DNA of 64,000 nucleotides from Herminiimonas sp. (GTDB lineage Bacteria; Pseudomonadota; Gammaproteobacteria; Burkholderiales; Burkholderiaceae_D): NCBI GenBank assembly GCA_014377845.1, contig JACMOV010000221.1, positions 369 to 64,368 of the forward strand, read 5' to 3'. Shown piece by piece: positions 60,915 to 64,000 of this stretch (position 1 is its first letter; each line of letters starts with the position of its first letter). The notes under the pieces were generated by a model. It saw only the letters and a program-made list of their open reading frames with translations, ran no database searches and was not told where the DNA came from. The position numbers and the translations under genes were made by a program.

Positions 60915-63011
60915 ATGCTGAAACCCGGATACAAGACGATTTCGAAGGCCCTGCAAGCGCGTCGGCGACTGCATGGCGACCGGCTGCACGGGGTGTGCGT
61001 GACTGGCGGCCTGTTTGCACTCGTGCTGGCGGTACCGGCGCAGGCGGTCGGACTCGGCGACGTGGGTGTGCAGTCCGCGCTTGGCGAACCCTTGCGTGCC
61101 ACCGTCAGCCTGTTTGGTGATGGCGCGGCAGAGAAGGCCCGCACGTGTTTTTCAGCCAGGCTGCTCACTGCCGATGGCGCTGCGATCGCCAATCCACGCG
61201 TGGCGGTCGGCGCCGGCGGCAATGGCCCGCTGTTGAACCTGTCGACACCGAATGCGATCCGTGAGCCCGCCTTGACACTGGTCGTCGAAATCGGCTGCGG
61301 CGACGCCGTTCGAAAAGAATTCTCGCTGCTGCTGGATCCGCCGTTGTACGCATCCTCGACGGTCGCCGCCGTGATGCAGCTTCCCGAACGAAAACCCGAG
61401 CCGCAGCAAGCCGAGCGGCAACGCGCCGCCATGTCGGCGCCCGCTCAGCCAGTCACATCCCTGCCCCGCGACACCGCAGCATTGGCGGCGCCACCGGCGC
61501 CAAAGCGCGTGCGGGCCCGCACGCGCCCGGCAGCGAAGCCTGCAAGCGATATTGGGGCGCAGGCTACGGCACAGGCAGCGTCGCCGAAATCAGCGGTCAA
61601 TACCGGCAGCAGCACTGTCCCTGCCAAGGCGCCGGCCAAGAACGTACTGAAGCTAAGCGGCCGCAACAGCAGCGATGCCGACCTGGTCAATACACTCGGA
61701 CTGCGCCTGGCACTTGCAGAGGTGCTGTCGAATCCGGCTGGCAGTGCGCCTGGTGGTACCACGCCCGAGGTCGACCCGGCAAAAGCTGCCGCCGCCCGTG
61801 CCGCGCAGACGCGGTTCGCCGCGATCCTGCGCGGAGATGTCTCGCCGGATACGGCAATGCAGGAGACCGAACAGAAGCTGCAGCAACTGCAGCTGAAGAT
61901 GCAGGCGCTCGAAGCGGAGACCGTGCGTCTGCGGCAGGCCGCGCAGCGTGATGCCGCGGCGGCAAGAGCTGCGCAGCAGGCGCAGGACGACGGACTCGGC
62001 GGCAACCTGATGGCGATTCTTGGTGCGCTGCTGTTGCTGAGTCTTGCAGTGGTGGCGTGGCTGGCGCTGCGGGTGCGGCACTTGAAAAACGATCATCGGG
62101 ATTGGGATCAAAACGTTTCAGCGGTGACAATCGGTACTGCGGCAGATGACCGTCAGCCGCAGGCGTCACTCGGACAGACGGCGCCCTCTGTGGTCGTGAC
62201 CGTGGCGCCCGTGACACCTGCACCGTTGAAGCCATCGCCTGCGGTTCGTGTCGCGCCAGCGGCGAACGCCAAGCTGGCACCGGCGGTTGCGGGTGCGAGC
62301 TTCGCAGGCTCGCTGCCACCGGCGGCGACCGTCGTCTCACCGATGGACTTCATGGCAGCGGCCCCTTTGGTACCCGCCGCCGGCAGGACCATTGCGCCTG
62401 ACACCGATTCGCAGCCAGCCCGTGGAGCAATTCCACATCCAGTGCTGGCGAAAGAGCTCGACGACCTGCAGTTCAATGAAATCCGGCTGCCGAAGCAGGT
62501 CCCGGTAGAAGAGATTTCAGACGTGATGCAGGAAGCGGAGTTCTGGATTTCCCTGCACGATTCGCAACGCGCGGTCGAAGTGCTGGAGCCGTATGCAACC
62601 GCCGACCAGCCCGGCTCGCCGCTGCCCTGGCTGTACCTGTTCGAGCTCTACACCGGCCTCGGCCAAGAGGCGAAGTACGTCGTCCTGCATGCGCGCTTCG
62701 CACGCATCTTCAATGGCCGCATACCGACCTGGGACGACCAGAAAATGCCGTTGATCGCACTGCCTGCACGGGGTATTGAAGATGTGCCGCACGTATGCGA
62801 AAGGATCGTGGCACTGTGGCAGGGAGACGACATCATCCCCTATCTCGAAAGCCTGCTGCTCGACGACCGCGACGGCAGCCGTCTGGGCTTCGACCTTTCG
62901 ATCTATCGGGAAATCATGTTCCTGATCGGGCTGGCGTACGAAGTGCAGCAAGCGGGTTCGGTCAACAAGAAACCGAACCTCGGCTCTTCCGGCTTGACCC
63001 TGGCTGCCTGA
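60915..63011 (+). CDS. FimV/HubP-like polar landmark family protein (no LysM recognised)
   Basis: N-terminal 'GLGDVGVQSALGEPLRATVSL' (FimV core motif), a coiled coil 'QKLQQLQLKMQALEAETVRLRQ', a TM 'LMAILGALLLLSLAVVAWLAL', and C-terminal 'EAEFWISLHDSQRAVEVLEPY...PWLYLFELY'. Confidence 0.7.
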   Translation: MLKPGYKTISKALQARRRLHGDRLHGVCVTGGLFALVLAVPAQAVGLGDVGVQSALGEPLRATVSLFGDGAAEKARTCFSARLLTADGAAIANPRVAVGAGGNGPLLNLSTPNAIREPALTLVVEIGCGDAVRKEFSLLLDPPLYASSTVAAVMQLPERKPEPQQAERQRAAMSAPAQPVTSLPRDTAALAAPPAPKRVRARTRPAAKPASDIGAQATAQAASPKSAVNTGSSTVPAKAPAKNVLKLSGRNSSDADLVNTLGLRLALAEVLSNPAGSAPGGTTPEVDPAKAAAARAAQTRFAAILRGDVSPDTAMQETEQKLQQLQLKMQALEAETVRLRQAAQRDAAAARAAQQAQDDGLGGNLMAILGALLLLSLAVVAWLALRVRHLKNDHRDWDQNVSAVTIGTAADDRQPQASLGQTAPSVVVTVAPVTPAPLKPSPAVRVAPAANAKLAPAVAGASFAGSLPPAATVVSPMDFMAAAPLVPAAGRTIAPDTDSQPARGAIPHPVLAKELDDLQFNEIRLPKQVPVEEISDVMQEAEFWISLHDSQRAVEVLEPYATADQPGSPLPWLYLFELYTGLGQEAKYVVLHARFARIFNGRIPTWDDQKMPLIALPARGIEDVPHVCERIVALWQGDDIIPYLESLLLDDRDGSRLGFDLSIYREIMFLIGLAYEVQQAGSVNKKPNLGSSGLTLAA

Positions 63012-63140
63012 TCCGACAGCAGTGTCGAACGTGACGGGCAGCCGGCGCGGCCATTCCACGGCTGCACCCTTGCACGATATCCGCAGCACCGGACAACCGC
63101 CAAGCCGGCATCGTGCGTTCGGCGCGGCTGCCGCCTCGAT

Positions 63141-63539
63141 TCAGCCAGCCATCAGCGGCCACAGGATCACGATCCAGGTTACCGCGGCGAGGCCGCAGGC
63201 GAGAAATACGGCAGCACTGCCGAAGTCCTTTGCATTTTTCGACAATGGATGATGTTCCAGCGAGATGCGATCAACGACTGCCTCTACTGCGGAATTGATC
63301 AGCTCGACGATCAGGACCAATACCAGCACACCGACGAGCATGAGGCGCTGCAGGGCTGCGACGGGCACGGCAAGCGCGATGACGGTGGCAACGATGCTCA
63401 CCATCAGTTCCTGCCGAAATGCATGCTCGCTACGCCACGCCGCCCTCAGGCCGGCGACGGAATACCGAATCGCGTCCAGAATCCGACGGAGGCCGTTCTT
63501 GCTCTTGTAGGTACTGACTGGCTGAACCGGATCGGTCAT
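63141..63539 (-). CDS. dgkA: Diacylglycerol kinase
   Basis: 132 aa with three TM helices and 'ELINSAVEAVVDRI'. Confidence 0.93.
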   Translation of the reverse strand: MTDPVQPVSTYKSKNGLRRILDAIRYSVAGLRAAWRSEHAFRQELMVSIVATVIALAVPVAALQRLMLVGVLVLVLIVELINSAVEAVVDRISLEHHPLSKNAKDFGSAAVFLACGLAAVTWIVILWPLMAG

Positions 63540-63663
63540 GAGGCGCTCTTGGGCAGGGAGTGCGAAGGATATGGGCGCCGGGATTTTAACAGGCGCGCGC
63601 GAAGCCGAGCGACAGGATCACGCCACGGGTGCATGGGTGAAAAATCCGCACCGGTTCCACTTA

Positions 63664-63677
63664 GCGGAACGTTCCGC
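63664..63677. promoter_or_regulatory. Perfect 14-bp palindrome GCGGAACGTTCCGC between candidate -35 and -10 elements of the IclR-family gene
   Basis: TTAGCG (63661-63666), an 18-nt spacer, then TATAAC (63685-63690). The palindrome occupies the spacer, as expected for an autoregulatory operator. Confidence 0.4.
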
Positions 63678-63714
63678 ATCGTGGTATAACGTGATTTCCT
63701 CCTGCCAGCTTTTG

Positions 63715-64000
63715 ATGATGAAAACCCCCACTCCGCGCGATTCCGACAAGACCTCGATTCAGGTGATCGAGCGCATGATGTCGCTGCTTGACACCCTTGC
63801 CCTGCATCCGGACCCGGTCAGCCTGAAAGACCTTTCGCGCATCACCGGCCTGCATCCGTCGACGGCGCACCGGATCCTGAACGACATGGTGTTGAAGCGC
63901 CTTGTGGATCGTTCGGAGCCCGGCGCCTATCGGCTCGGCATGCGCCTTCTGGAGCTTGGCAACATCGTCAAGAGCCGGCTGAACGTGCGCGAGGCGGCCC
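63715..64000 (+). CDS. IclR family transcriptional regulator (3' end outside window)
   Basis: My own translation gives MMKTPTPRDSDKTSIQVIERMMSLLDTLALHPDPVSLKDLSRITGLHPSTAHRILNDMV.... This is the IclR-type winged HTH. The frame is open to the end of the window. Confidence 0.85.
   Translation, partial: MMKTPTPRDSDKTSIQVIERMMSLLDTLALHPDPVSLKDLSRITGLHPSTAHRILNDMVLKRLVDRSEPGAYRLGMRLLELGNIVKSRLNVREAA

Overview
The window is a high-GC chromosomal segment from a betaproteobacterium. The GC level is judged by eye. The synteny looks Burkholderiales/Oxalobacteraceae-like: orn-M48-PCD-rsgA, argF-argG, yhdP-nit-tldD next to glnE, tkt-gap, ribF-ileS-lspA-coaBC-dut, and sbp-cysTWA-cysB. I call about 50 protein genes, nearly all housekeeping. 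I found no rRNA, tRNA, CRISPR array, transposase or integrase.

Six things stand out:
1. A single-gene islet between rsgA and argF encodes a protein whose C-terminal half is a clear NEL-type (IpaH/SspH-like) E3 ubiquitin ligase domain. Its N-terminus is not LRR and carries internal repeats, and a 7-copy 9-bp tandem array sits at its 5' end.
2. A roughly 200-nt leader lies upstream of the DAHP synthase gene. It has a sigma70-like promoter, a 30-codon ORF containing FHFYFYF, and an intrinsic terminator about 20 nt before the aroG ribosome-binding site. This is a candidate Phe/Tyr attenuator.
3. A 1074-aa Ala/Glu/Gln/Arg-rich coiled-coil protein with a single C-terminal TM anchor.
4. An orphan pair of response regulators (CheY-like, plus REC with an XRE-type HTH) sits behind a 544-bp AT-rich spacer.
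5. Several short tandem-repeat arrays (7, 9, 9, 11 and 12 bp) lie in intergenic spacers, including one between cysW and cysA.
6. An M48/PDZ lipoprotein has a degenerate zinc motif (REMAH instead of HExxH).

Many long ORFs in the track are antisense or out-of-frame artefacts of the high GC content and were rejected. All homology statements come from reading the translations and from remembered family motifs. No searches were run.
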